Shown here: piece after piece, positions 19,882 to 30,094 of the stretch
Layout of the letters: the number at the start of each line of letters is the position of its first letter
How positions within the stretch are numbered: the first letter of the stretch is position 1
IMG/VR virus record: IMGVR_UViG_3300020207_002070
Length of the DNA: 64,000 nt
Strand: one strand, 5' to 3'
Origin: an uncultured virus (IMG/VR IMGVR_UViG_3300020207_002070)
Lineage: Duplodnaviria; Heunggongvirae; Uroviricota; Caudoviricetes
The notes under the pieces: model-generated
What the model saw: only the letters and a program-made list of their open reading frames with translations
Databases searched by the model: none
What the model was told of the DNA's origin: nothing
Made by a program: the position numbers and the translations under genes

Positions 19882-20385
19882 TTATTTATCCTTATCTAGG
19901 CCTTTTAACCTTTCTAAGAGACTGTTTCTGTCAGTAACAACATAACCTTCACCGTTTATCATGCCTTCATCACCCGGTGAAGAATCGTTATCTAATTTTT
20001 GTTTTTTAAGTTGCAATTCTATCATTTTTAATTTTTTATCCATTTTTGCAACTTTAGCATCTAGACTAGTTTTAAGCATTGTGCCTGCAACTTCCATAAT
20101 TCTACCAGCATAACGACTTTCAACATTCATGCCTAAGTCCATCAAGTCATCATATGCAGTCATTGCTTTGTCTGCAACTTCGTTTAATTCTTTGTCTGCC
20201 ATATCGCCCAAGCCTTTCACAGCTGGTAAAGCACTGGCAATTTTATCAAACTCGGCAATGTCACGGAACGTTTGTTCTTGTTGTTCTAATTCGTACTGTT
20301 TTTGATCTTTTTCTTTTTCTTCTGCTTTATCAATAATATTTTTATTTTCAGGCAAATTTAAAAGTTCTTCTAATTTTTTAGTCAT
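19882..20385 (-). CDS. Probable terminase small subunit
   Basis: Helical core SRYAGRIMEVAGTMLKTSLDAK...KLKMIELQ and C-terminal VVTDRNSLL resemble gp16-type layouts; close to gp17. Confidence 0.55.
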   Translation of the reverse strand: MTKKLEELLNLPENKNIIDKAEEKEKDQKQYELEQQEQTFRDIAEFDKIASALPAVKGLGDMADKELNEVADKAMTAYDDLMDLGMNVESRYAGRIMEVAGTMLKTSLDAKVAKMDKKLKMIELQLKKQKLDNDSSPGDEGMINGEGYVVTDRNSLLERLKGLDKDK

Positions 20386-20412
20386 TGTGTCACCATTATA
20401 TGCTAGTATTAT

Positions 20413-20853
20413 TTATCGCCTGCGGCCTCCTTGGTGAAACATATCGCCTTCGTTTATAATTCTAAAAATTATTCCCTTTTGTTTACACCATGCTCTTGCT
20501 GATTCCCATTTTGCTTGATTAATAACATAATGAGCTTGGTTAGCTCTACTACGACCTAGTTTTTCTCTTACGGTTTGGTTTGATGGCTTAACTTCTATTA
20601 ATTCGACTCGTTGTTTACCATTTTTGTCTGCATATACAATAAAAAAGTCTGGAACATAAATTGTATGTTTTCCTGTTAATGGATTTCTATATGGTATGCG
20701 TATCGCTTCCGAAGCCCATTGACTAACACTTGGATGTGCATCACAAAACTTCATAAATGTAAATTCCCAACTACTTCTATAAGTTGGTGTTTTATTACCT
20801 ACATATTTTTCAGGGTTTTGTGGTGTAAATTTTCCTTGTGCAAACTTAGCCAT
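20413..20853 (-). CDS. gp4: Head completion nuclease, T4 gp4-like (TnsA-type PD-(D/E)xK)
   Basis: KYVG, YRSSWE, WASE, YVPDF, IEVKP, NQAKWESA. Confidence 0.88.
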   Translation of the reverse strand: MAKFAQGKFTPQNPEKYVGNKTPTYRSSWEFTFMKFCDAHPSVSQWASEAIRIPYRNPLTGKHTIYVPDFFIVYADKNGKQRVELIEVKPSNQTVREKLGRSRANQAHYVINQAKWESARAWCKQKGIIFRIINEGDMFHQGGRRR

Positions 20854-22852
20854 TTCTTCTCAACTGCAATCCATTCTTAAACACAAAACTACCTCTTACA
20901 CTAAGTGTTTTTTCTAGAGGAGTTGTGATTGGTATATTAGCATTGTATATAACCCTAGCAGGGCCACCATTCAAGCTATTTAGATCCGACCATGCTGTGT
21001 CTTCTGGACCGGTTGGATCACTACCTATATAGAAATTAGTTGACGATTGTGTTTGTACTTCGGATTGTATCCAACTACGTAAGTCTTCGTAAGTCCAATT
21101 TCTATTATATTGAATTACAGTTGATAAAAATCCTGCTGCTACTGGACATGCTGCTGATGTTCCACCGAATCGAGTATCTCTACAATCCTGTGTTCCTAAG
21201 TCAGTATAATTATCGTCTAGTCTTGCTGTATCTACACCGTATGTACCTACTGTAGCTGCTAGTGTGCCATCTGCTGGAGCATAAAAATCTATAGCATTAC
21301 CCATATCACTGTAATTGACTTTTTGTTCTTTACTCGATGGTATTAGATCATCTAATGCGCCGATGTTTATACCTGGAAACTTAACTGTAGTGTTTCCTTG
21401 AAAGGTAAGACTTTCTGTCTTACCTATATGTTGAGGGAATCCTCGTCTGTTAGTAGTTCCAGTTACTGCAAACCCAAAACTAAACCAAGCATTGTCGTAT
21501 ACTCCTTCATTGGTATTGTCTCCGATATGATTGTCGTAATTAGGATGGTCTGGGTTTACTTGTTGCTGATTACTATTGCCTGCGGCACAAACATATATAA
21601 CACCTTCGTCAACTAATTCTTTAGCTGCTTGTGTCATTGAATTATCATACATTTCAGACTTCCAACGTCCGCCGTCGCCGGCTGATCCTAAATATCTTAT
21701 AAATTCTGGTTCGGTAGTATATGCAACTGCTGGATCATTTCTCCAAAAATAATAACTAGCCGATTTATCAACTCTAAATCCCCAACTATTAGAACTTATT
21801 GTAGGATCTTTTGTTCCATATTTAGGATTAATAGGTTTATACTTGTGAAATATTTTTTGTATATCAAATCCTACATCCCAGTCTACTCTGCCGCCGCCGA
21901 TATGATTAAGATGCCACTTGTTAGCATTATATGCCCAACCTTGAGTTCTACCATATGTTAAACCTGCACATTGGGTTCCATGAGTTCCAGATGCAGTAGT
22001 AGGATATGAATTATTGTTACCGTTATTACCTGTACGAGTATATAGGTTTTCTATTTGTATTGATCCAAATTCTGCAAACTGCGGAGAACGTTGATTTGTT
22101 TGTTCCCACCATGCTCGTGCTGCTGTTTCGGTTGGAACAATAGTGCCGTCCCAACGAGTTTCTAATCTAGTTGGATCAGCATCAAACCATTCTGGATCAA
22201 TATAGTACGGAGAATCAAATACAATATCGAGTAAATCACAGTAGCCATTTCCAGGCAATACATTTCCGCCTTTATAATTTACAGGATTAACAGCATTTGT
22301 AACTCCTCTGTTAATAAATTCTACATGACCAAACCAACATCCGTTATCGCAAACAATAACATCAACATCTTCTCCTGCACCGTGTGTAGGTATAGCACTA
22401 TCTATAATAGTGCTATCGTTATTACCATTTTGTAACCACGGACTGACTTTTTCTGTTAGTCTTAATAACTGACTGGTATTTCTATTTAATGCGTTAGTAT
22501 TAAAATTTCCATTACCGTACCATATTTGAGCGTTTTCGTATGCTTGTTCATAACGTTGATATATTGTTGGATTTTCAAAAAGTAAGTCGTCTTCTGGAAC
22601 ATTATACAAATCTTTGTTATGTTTAAAATCTAAATTAATAAATTGTATTCTTGAATCGTTTTTTAATAATTCTGCTTCTTCATCAGTTAATAAAAATATT
22701 CCTCTAGTTGGACTATGTTCTACATGATCTGTACACTCAACTTCTCTTACCGGAATAGCTTCTATTGAAGATCCAGGATTACACAATTCATTGTGTACTT
22801 CATTAAATTGCTCTGCTGTATGTGTTCCTATAGCATAATAGTTTTCTGACAT
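20846..22852 (-). CDS. Subtilisin-like S8 serine peptidase
   Basis: Catalytic D (DVIVCDNG), H (HGTQCAG), oxyanion N (AAGNSN) and S (GGTSAACP). Confidence 0.88.
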   Translation of the reverse strand: MSENYYAIGTHTAEQFNEVHNELCNPGSSIEAIPVREVECTDHVEHSPTRGIFLLTDEEAELLKNDSRIQFINLDFKHNKDLYNVPEDDLLFENPTIYQRYEQAYENAQIWYGNGNFNTNALNRNTSQLLRLTEKVSPWLQNGNNDSTIIDSAIPTHGAGEDVDVIVCDNGCWFGHVEFINRGVTNAVNPVNYKGGNVLPGNGYCDLLDIVFDSPYYIDPEWFDADPTRLETRWDGTIVPTETAARAWWEQTNQRSPQFAEFGSIQIENLYTRTGNNGNNNSYPTTASGTHGTQCAGLTYGRTQGWAYNANKWHLNHIGGGRVDWDVGFDIQKIFHKYKPINPKYGTKDPTISSNSWGFRVDKSASYYFWRNDPAVAYTTEPEFIRYLGSAGDGGRWKSEMYDNSMTQAAKELVDEGVIYVCAAGNSNQQQVNPDHPNYDNHIGDNTNEGVYDNAWFSFGFAVTGTTNRRGFPQHIGKTESLTFQGNTTVKFPGINIGALDDLIPSSKEQKVNYSDMGNAIDFYAPADGTLAATVGTYGVDTARLDDNYTDLGTQDCRDTRFGGTSAACPVAAGFLSTVIQYNRNWTYEDLRSWIQSEVQTQSSTNFYIGSDPTGPEDTAWSDLNSLNGGPARVIYNANIPITTPLEKTLSVRGSFVFKNGLQLRRNG

Positions 22853-22861
22853 AATGTTTCC

Positions 22862-24208
22862 TTATACTATTGGGCTTGTATCTAATCTTAACCAAGTACC
22901 GTTTTGATAAACTTGGAACCTATTGTCATCTGTGTTATAGATCATATCTCCGTTTTCAGCAGTTAGTGCATCTCTTTGTGCGTTTGTAAAATTTGCAAGT
23001 TTAAATGGACTTTGTGTTACTTCAACTCTTGTACTAGCTGTTAGTAAAATGTTAGATTCTGAAAACAATTCAGGAGCACCTGTACCTGCTGTTGTTATTT
23101 CGCCATTCACTGTAAATTTGTTGTTAACAACTAAATCATTTTCAACAGTTAAATCGCTACTCATAATCATAGAAGGAGTAACTGTAATTGCACTAGAATC
23201 GTCTGTATCAATTACACTTGCAGCAAAACTAAAATTACCTACAGTATCGCCTACAATACCCGATAAGTCAACAGTATTGCCGTTACTAATTGATAAATCA
23301 GTTCCTGCTAATGTAAGTGTTTGACTGTCTGTTTCTGAAGTAATAAATCCTTGACTTAACACAAATGATTGTGTTGCAAAAGATGACAAATCTCCCGGAG
23401 TTAGATATCCTTGTCCCGTTACAAATGATTGTGTTGCAAATCCTTGACCTAACACAAACGATTCTGTTGCAAAGTTTGGTTTGTTAATTAAGTCGTTATA
23501 ATCGCCGCTAAAGCCTGCTAGTAAGTTGTCAGTGTCTTCTAATTCGTTAACGTCACCTGGAATAACAGGACGTCCTGTTAAACTAAAATAATCTCCATCA
23601 AACGCTTCTGCTGCTAATTGAAATACACTTAAATCAGGAGTATCTGTTAAATCGTTATAGCTTCCGCTAAACAAAACAGGTAAATCAGACAAATCATTAT
23701 AACTTCCTGCCGGCGGTACTGCAAATGAAAAATTCCCAAAGCCGTCTGTTTTTAAAAACTGTCCTGCTAATCCGTCGGATATTCCTAAATTTAATATACT
23801 AGTCGGAATTGTTGGACGATTTTCTAAATCATCAAATGATCCTGAAAACGCTGATGCAGACAATGGTGAATTATAGTTAGAAGGAGTAACTTCAGAGGTA
23901 TCTAGTAGTAGTTTGTGCCAGCCACCGGCATGAGCAAAATATAATGCACCTTCATCATGCACATGCATTATCATACCCATGTAAGTAGATGGAGAAATAC
24001 TATTTAAATCGCTACGTGTTTCTACGGTATTTCTATAATAAATTTTATTAGATCCAAAATCTATGTCATCTGACAATAGTGTAGATCCATTACCTATTGT
24101 ATTGTATATTTCATCAAAATTAAGGTTAATTTTATTTGATGCATTTCTTAAAGAATCTCCAGATCCATCGTTTGGATTAACCCCTCTATTAAGTATTTCT
24201 TTAGCCAT
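22862..24208 (-). CDS. Virion baseplate or fibre protein with a gp9/gp10-like N-terminus
   Basis: N-terminal NDGSGDSLRNASNKINLNFDEIY; repeats F(S/D)G(S/D)YNDL and FAT(Q/E)SFVxxQG; C-terminal GDMIYNTD. Confidence 0.65.
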   Translation of the reverse strand: MAKEILNRGVNPNDGSGDSLRNASNKINLNFDEIYNTIGNGSTLLSDDIDFGSNKIYYRNTVETRSDLNSISPSTYMGMIMHVHDEGALYFAHAGGWHKLLLDTSEVTPSNYNSPLSASAFSGSFDDLENRPTIPTSILNLGISDGLAGQFLKTDGFGNFSFAVPPAGSYNDLSDLPVLFSGSYNDLTDTPDLSVFQLAAEAFDGDYFSLTGRPVIPGDVNELEDTDNLLAGFSGDYNDLINKPNFATESFVLGQGFATQSFVTGQGYLTPGDLSSFATQSFVLSQGFITSETDSQTLTLAGTDLSISNGNTVDLSGIVGDTVGNFSFAASVIDTDDSSAITVTPSMIMSSDLTVENDLVVNNKFTVNGEITTAGTGAPELFSESNILLTASTRVEVTQSPFKLANFTNAQRDALTAENGDMIYNTDDNRFQVYQNGTWLRLDTSPIV

Positions 24209-24212
24209 TGTG

Positions 24213-24683
24213 CTATTCTCCGTCTATAGTTACTAGCTCGCTATCCAACGTAGTTTCTGTACTACTAAGATCTTTATCACTTGTAATTTCATCAGTTGTA
24301 AAATTAATTGGATTGCCTTCGATTATATTTCTAGATTCAAATGTTGCTATTCTTCGTTCTTTTCGATAACCTATAACACTAGTTCTTTTTCTATCATAAT
24401 TTAAAATTTCAGCAACTACAGAACTTAACTGTGTTCCGCTATACTTTTTAAGCGTATCTAACAATTTAAAAATTTTTATATTTTCATTTTTTGCTTGTTG
24501 TAATAAAACATTACTAACTGCTATTGCTGCTGATCTTTCAAAACCTTGTGTTTCAAAAAATGCAACAACAGTATTTAGATCATTGTCTGCTAAGTTTAAT
24601 ACTCTAGAATAATAAGTGTCAAAATACAAATTAGTTCTAGCATCAGTTTTTTTAGATATGTTTATTGGTAAACTACTACTCAT
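24213..24683 (-). CDS. Hypothetical protein in the baseplate/tail module
   Basis: 156-aa ORF coupled to the upstream gene (ATGA overlap). Confidence 0.6.
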   Translation of the reverse strand: MSSSLPINISKKTDARTNLYFDTYYSRVLNLADNDLNTVVAFFETQGFERSAAIAVSNVLLQQAKNENIKIFKLLDTLKKYSGTQLSSVVAEILNYDRKRTSVIGYRKERRIATFESRNIIEGNPINFTTDEITSDKDLSSTETTLDSELVTIDGE

Positions 24684-25918
24684 TGTCTTGTACCTTCTAA
24701 GACTTCTTTTCTGTATGCTTCTTTTTCTGTTTCAGGAAGTGCATTCCAAGCACTAATTAAATCATTTATTCCATTACCACCAGTGCTTAAGAAAGTACCT
24801 TTAAATTGTTGTATTGCTAACGAATCTAATTTTGCAGGATTATTTTGTAATGATTGCGCTGTTACATTTACATTTCTGGCTGCTGTACTATTTGTTGTAA
24901 TTGTAGTCGGTGAAGAAGATACAATGTTTTGTGCGCCATCGGCACCTTGTGTTTTAGGTATAATTATATCACTTATACCTCCAATGTCGTCTGTATTTGT
25001 TACTGTAGAAATGCTACTAAGCAAAGGATTGCTTACTGATGTCGGAAACGTATTAGTCCCTTCTGTTCTATTACCAATATTAGTTTCAAATGAAGCAGGC
25101 GGTGTTCTAACTGATACATCATTTGGATCTAATTGTGTTGTTGTATTAATATTAGCTAGTGGACTTGGAAAAGAGTCATAGTGTGCAAATCCAAATGCTA
25201 TAGGATCGCCATCGGGTCCTACTTGAACAGTACCTCTACTATAATGCACTGCTTCGTATTGTACTGTAATAGTATTTTGCATCATGCCGCTGCCATCGGA
25301 ATTATCAACAGAATCATGTTCCCAATTTGTAATAATCGGATTTACTAATGTGTAAGTTGTGTATTGAGTTCTTGCAATTTGAGATAACTGTATTCTTTTA
25401 AAAAACGGAACACTTAAATTATTATCTAATCCAAAACGAAATTGGTTTCTTTCTCTGCTCTTATAAGTGTTATCTCCGTCGCCTGCTTTGTTAAATGCTC
25501 CAGGCTGACTAGCATGCCAGCCGTCTGCGTAATACCATCTATAATATGCTTCTAACAAAGCAGTAGTAACACCGTGATTATCGTCATGAAATGTAAGTGT
25601 TATTGGCTGATATTGAATACTTGTTTGAATATGCTTAGTTCTATTATATTTCTTTTTAGTTTCAACATTTGCTGTAAATCTAGGCAAATCTGCTTGTTTA
25701 ACTAGTAGTCCTATTTCAGTATTATATTTCTCTATTAATCCTGGATTAATATCTTTAACCCCAGGATCGATTCCAAACCAACAATGATAAAGAAACTTTG
25801 TTTTAGGAGCAAATTTAAAATTTTGATTTGTATATAATCTAGCCGCATGGTTGTAATCAAGCAATGTAATGCCGTCTTGTTTTCCTCCAAGGCTATCTCG
25901 AAAAGCGTTAGTACTCAT
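24680..25918 (-). CDS. Tail-tube-fold baseplate protein (gp48/gp54-like tube initiator)
   Basis: LVKQADLP...YQPITLTFHDD...PIITNWEH...ITVQYE parallels the tube protein next door; Ser/Thr-rich C-terminal extension. Confidence 0.6.
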   Translation of the reverse strand: MSTNAFRDSLGGKQDGITLLDYNHAARLYTNQNFKFAPKTKFLYHCWFGIDPGVKDINPGLIEKYNTEIGLLVKQADLPRFTANVETKKKYNRTKHIQTSIQYQPITLTFHDDNHGVTTALLEAYYRWYYADGWHASQPGAFNKAGDGDNTYKSRERNQFRFGLDNNLSVPFFKRIQLSQIARTQYTTYTLVNPIITNWEHDSVDNSDGSGMMQNTITVQYEAVHYSRGTVQVGPDGDPIAFGFAHYDSFPSPLANINTTTQLDPNDVSVRTPPASFETNIGNRTEGTNTFPTSVSNPLLSSISTVTNTDDIGGISDIIIPKTQGADGAQNIVSSSPTTITTNSTAARNVNVTAQSLQNNPAKLDSLAIQQFKGTFLSTGGNGINDLISAWNALPETEKEAYRKEVLEGTRQ

Positions 25919-25954
25919 ACAAATATTTATCTAATATTATTATGTATGTAGATA

Positions 25955-25985
25955 ATAAAAAAGGAGCTCTAAGAGCCCCTTTTTA
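25955..25985 (-). terminator. Intrinsic terminator after the tail tube gene
   Basis: On -: AAAAGGGGCTC-TTA-GAGCTCCTTTTTT, with one G-U pair. Confidence 0.75.
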
Positions 25986-25998
25986 AATAAAGATATTT

Positions 25999-26625
25999 TT
26001 ATGCGCCGCCGCCGGTAATTAAACTACCGCTGCCCCTCGGTACAGCAACACCAATACCACCATCAGCATCTGTTTGGATTGCGTTGTCGTATTGGACTTC
26101 TAATGTAACTGTAACTGGTTCATTATTTTGATATGCTAGTGTGTTGTAGTTAGCATTTGTAATAAAGCATCCGTATAGTTCAAATGTTTCAAGTACATTT
26201 GGTGTATAAACTCCGTTACCACCATCTAAGATTTCAATACGTGTTGTAAATTTATAATCTTGTCCTGAAACCGGGCTTGACTGCTCCATAAAGTCGAATT
26301 GTTTCTGTAGCTGTTCGCCAACAAGTTTTTGTACAGCATTGTTCACGTCTTCACGTAAGTTTAGTGTAATCGGTGACCATGTGTGCTTACCTGCTAAGTA
26401 TGCTTTTGAGTTATACGCATGTATTTCCATTGGCTCAAATGCAACTGTCGGACGAGTTACGTCAACAACTTGTTTTGTAAGTTCCGTTGTTGGTGTTGAA
26501 ACTCCAAAGTTTTCCAGCGACACCCTAAAGCGGTACTGGAGCTTCGGCATCAACAGACCCTGGCTAGCGGCACTGTCGCCGCTTGCTAGTGGAACTGTAA
26601 TTTTTGATAATGATGAGATTGCCAT
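25999..26625 (-). CDS. gp19: Tail tube protein
   Basis: PKLQYRFRV, AGKHTWSPITLNLRED, ELYGCFIT, LEVQYDNA; directly downstream of the sheath; SD AGGAG. Confidence 0.85.
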   Translation of the reverse strand: MAISSLSKITVPLASGDSAASQGLLMPKLQYRFRVSLENFGVSTPTTELTKQVVDVTRPTVAFEPMEIHAYNSKAYLAGKHTWSPITLNLREDVNNAVQKLVGEQLQKQFDFMEQSSPVSGQDYKFTTRIEILDGGNGVYTPNVLETFELYGCFITNANYNTLAYQNNEPVTVTLEVQYDNAIQTDADGGIGVAVPRGSGSLITGGGA

Positions 26626-26657
26626 TTAATTTGCTCCTAGTTCAATAGTATTTATCA

Positions 26658-29600
26658 TTACGCTTCACCACTTATTTCGCCTGTATTTTTCAAGCGTAGT
26701 GGAATGTAGATAAACTCAATACTCTTAACAGGTTCAATAGCAATGTCTACATATAGTTCATTACGATCAATTCTTGCTGGAGTGTTGTTAGTTTCATCGC
26801 ACACAACTAAGAAGTCAAATAGTGCTCTTTGGCCAACAAGTTCAAGTAGTAAACTTTCAACTTGTCCTTTGATTTCATCACGTGTGATTTTATCATTTGG
26901 TTCAAAGATATATGGCTTCGCAAGTTGATTAAGTTGGCTACGTAAATAAACTACTAATCTTGCAACGTTAATTCTGTCTAGCGAACTTGCGCCTCTAGCA
27001 CGAGTTTTCTGTCCAAAGTTAACAAGTCCTGCACCTGTAATAAACGTAATTGGGTTTACACCTTGTGCATATAATGTATCTCTTTGTCCTTCATTTAGTG
27101 GTGTGCTTACAAATTCTCCTTCGCTGTTAATAAAGCCAGTTGAACTTGCATTGTTAATGCCGCCACGTCTTGTACCTGCTGGTGCAAACCATGGATAGCT
27201 AACTTGGTCACTTAGTGCAATAGTTCTTAGCATCATGTGGCTTGGCGGAACAACAACATTGTTACCAAAGTTGTCGCTTGTAAAGCCCCATGGATAAAAC
27301 ACACCTAAATATTCGTCATTAGTAACAAGACCATCGTCATTGTCTTCTACTGCTGCACGAACGTTTGTTGCCCATTCATTTAATGAAGTAGCATCTGGTG
27401 TTAATCTTGCTGGCGAATCGCCAACTACAAATGCTGTTAATCCTCTATCAGCGTTAAGTGTTACTAGTTCGCCAATTAGTTCTGGATAACCTGGGCAAGA
27501 TATTAAGTTAAATCTACGTGCATCTTCGTTGCGTATTTCGTCGTTTGAATTAACAACTGCTTGTAGTTTTTGTACAACAACTTTACGCTGTGCGTTGCGC
27601 CCAAAGCTGCCTGAACCATCTACATTGTTTGCACTTTCAGTTACCCAACGATCAGCAGCATAGTTTACCATCGATTCGTCACCAAAGCGTAAGTTAACGT
27701 CTGTTGTATCAACATAATTCTTTTCGAAACGCTTAACATTAAATCCACTTCTGCGTGTATTGAATAGCAATGTTCCGCTTGGATACAATGCTGGATCTGG
27801 ACAATCAGGATCTACATAATTTACTGCAAGCAAATCTGTAATATCTGCTGCTGTGTTTCCTGTTGCTCCACTTGACCCATAACGTGCATCTGCAAAAACA
27901 ATACCGTTTTCTGTTGTTTGATCACCGTTGTCTACTAAAATCCAACGATCAGTACTTTTACGATATTTGTAAATTACTGGATAGTTTTCTAAGTCTGAAG
28001 TGTCAATCCATAAATCGCCTTCTACTAATGCACTACTACCATCTGATTGTGTAGTTGGTTGTGATGCACTTACAATAGGCCCGTTAGCATCTGTGCTATT
28101 GCTTAATGAATAAACTGGGCTGTCCGGATGTCTATATCCAACCCATTTGTTACCGTCATTGATCATAATGTCAACTTCATCAACAATTGAGTTATACCAT
28201 AGTGTTCCTGTTTCGGCAGTATTTGTTGGTTCGTTTTCTGATGCTGTGTAACTTAGTACTTCCCAATTACTTACTCTGTACTGAACAGGATTACCTAATG
28301 AATTATCAATTCCTGGTTCGTCTGATACAAAGCGTGTTGAAGTACTAATACCTAATGCAGTAAGCATTGGCGCAAAACTACTTGCAACATCAACAAATTT
28401 CATTTCGCCGCCTTGGCTATGTTTAATAACAACTGCATTGTTTTCATCAACTGATGCACTTACATACGGAATGTTTGCACTTGTAATTGCTGCTGCAATA
28501 GCAATAGCAGTATCAGCTGCTGTTGACTGTGCTTCAACTTCAATTAGTCCTGGAACATCGCTGCTGAACACTGCTGAACCTGGTGAAGTTGCAGTAATTA
28601 ACATTTTGTAAGTTTCACCATCTGTGAAGTTTGATAGTGTAATTGGTTGTGAAGAAACTTGAGTATTTCCAACTGTGCCTCTTTTAAATATTTTAAATGT
28701 ACCTAACGGATCACTGTCTCCTGCAACATTTGATTGTACATATAAATCACCTATTTGTAAATTTGATCCGCCACCTGTTCTGTCTAGTTCAACTAGAGCA
28801 GATTCATTTGTTGGATAAATCGGTGCTTCAATAGAATCCCATAATTTAGTATCGTCATTCCATTGTCTAACTCTCCAGCGAGCACCACCGTTTGGTGTAG
28901 TTGTTTTAAGCCATACACTTCCTGTTGGACGGCCATTATATGCAGTTCCTACTTTAAATGTGTCTGGAATTTGTGTGTGCTTACTAATTTGTACTGCTGG
29001 AATTAAATAAGTTCCTGCATCAATATTTAAGAACTCTAAAACCGCTGTAGATGCATTTGAACCTGCTGCAAACTCTAATGATGTTGTTGAACTACCATCA
29101 TTGTAAAATGCAATCTCTCCGCTTATTACGGCTGCTCTTATACCCGGAATTGATAGTCCGTTAATTGTTGCTGCTATGTCTGTAACAGTTTCGCCAGTAG
29201 TAACAGTAATAACAGTTCCATTTAATACAAAAACGTCTGAGCCTTCATCTGTTGAATCGTCGCCAAATGTTGTACTTGTTTTGCTACTAACTACAGTTGG
29301 AACGGCATCCTTCCAAGCAGTTGAACCTAGCTCAACCCAACCTGCGCTTGCTCTATACCAAACTTTGTTAAGAGTAGTTACAGCAACGACTGCATAATCT
29401 CCAACTGAGCCAATTGAGCCTAGTGGTGTATAATCTTCGTTTTCGTAATCTATAACGTCTGATTGACTTGTAATAACAATAGGTGTTTGTGTTGTAAATG
29501 ATTGTCCGCCTGTTATAGTTTCACTTGCATTATTCCATTCCTGGATACCAAATGCACTTGAACCAGTATCTAACCAATATGTTCCTGCATCTGGAAATGC

Positions 29601-29981
29601 TGTTGGAACTGATGATTGAGGAACTAGTTGTTTTAAGTCTATGTCGGCTCTTACAACCCATGCTCTGTTGCTTACACCTAAATATGAATAAGCTGCTTGT
29701 AATCCGTATTCACTTAATTCTGAACCGTGAATTGGATTATTGCTTGCATCAATTTGGAAAACTGGGTCGCCAAATGTTTCAGCTAGGTCACGTTGCGATG
29801 TCATTAAATAAGGCTTACCGGCATTTTCTGCTAGTGTACCTATCGCTGTTCCTGATCCTGAAGCATTTAGTTTGTTCTCTTGCGATGCAACAAAAATTAC
29901 TGGTACAGTTCCTGGTTCAGCGGGAGTGTAAAAACTCTCGTCTACTACGCTAACCTGTACACCTGGTGATACTAATGCCAT
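26658..29981 (-). CDS. gp18: Tail sheath protein, enlarged (1107 aa)
   Basis: MALVSPGVQVSVVDES start with SD AGGAG; YPWFAPAGTRRG, GQKT, RINVARL, FEPND, IEPVKSIEFIYI. Confidence 0.95.
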   Translation of the reverse strand: MALVSPGVQVSVVDESFYTPAEPGTVPVIFVASQENKLNASGSGTAIGTLAENAGKPYLMTSQRDLAETFGDPVFQIDASNNPIHGSELSEYGLQAAYSYLGVSNRAWVVRADIDLKQLVPQSSVPTAFPDAGTYWLDTGSSAFGIQEWNNASETITGGQSFTTQTPIVITSQSDVIDYENEDYTPLGSIGSVGDYAVVAVTTLNKVWYRASAGWVELGSTAWKDAVPTVVSSKTSTTFGDDSTDEGSDVFVLNGTVITVTTGETVTDIAATINGLSIPGIRAAVISGEIAFYNDGSSTTSLEFAAGSNASTAVLEFLNIDAGTYLIPAVQISKHTQIPDTFKVGTAYNGRPTGSVWLKTTTPNGGARWRVRQWNDDTKLWDSIEAPIYPTNESALVELDRTGGGSNLQIGDLYVQSNVAGDSDPLGTFKIFKRGTVGNTQVSSQPITLSNFTDGETYKMLITATSPGSAVFSSDVPGLIEVEAQSTAADTAIAIAAAITSANIPYVSASVDENNAVVIKHSQGGEMKFVDVASSFAPMLTALGISTSTRFVSDEPGIDNSLGNPVQYRVSNWEVLSYTASENEPTNTAETGTLWYNSIVDEVDIMINDGNKWVGYRHPDSPVYSLSNSTDANGPIVSASQPTTQSDGSSALVEGDLWIDTSDLENYPVIYKYRKSTDRWILVDNGDQTTENGIVFADARYGSSGATGNTAADITDLLAVNYVDPDCPDPALYPSGTLLFNTRRSGFNVKRFEKNYVDTTDVNLRFGDESMVNYAADRWVTESANNVDGSGSFGRNAQRKVVVQKLQAVVNSNDEIRNEDARRFNLISCPGYPELIGELVTLNADRGLTAFVVGDSPARLTPDATSLNEWATNVRAAVEDNDDGLVTNDEYLGVFYPWGFTSDNFGNNVVVPPSHMMLRTIALSDQVSYPWFAPAGTRRGGINNASSTGFINSEGEFVSTPLNEGQRDTLYAQGVNPITFITGAGLVNFGQKTRARGASSLDRINVARLVVYLRSQLNQLAKPYIFEPNDKITRDEIKGQVESLLLELVGQRALFDFLVVCDETNNTPARIDRNELYVDIAIEPVKSIEFIYIPLRLKNTGEISGEA

Positions 29982-30094
29982 TTTAATCTCCTGTTGGATA
30001 GTGTATTGTTTATTACATGTATTTACCAATTAAAAGAAAAAACTCTGTGCAAATACCCCCGAAAAAGGGACCGAAAAGGTGAGGTAAATACAGT

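Noticed and set aside
23355..23475. Three ~20-nt direct repeats (ACAAATGATTGTGTTGCAAA)
   Set aside because: In-frame coding repeats (FATQSFV) in a fibre protein, with irregular spacing and no cas genes or spacers.
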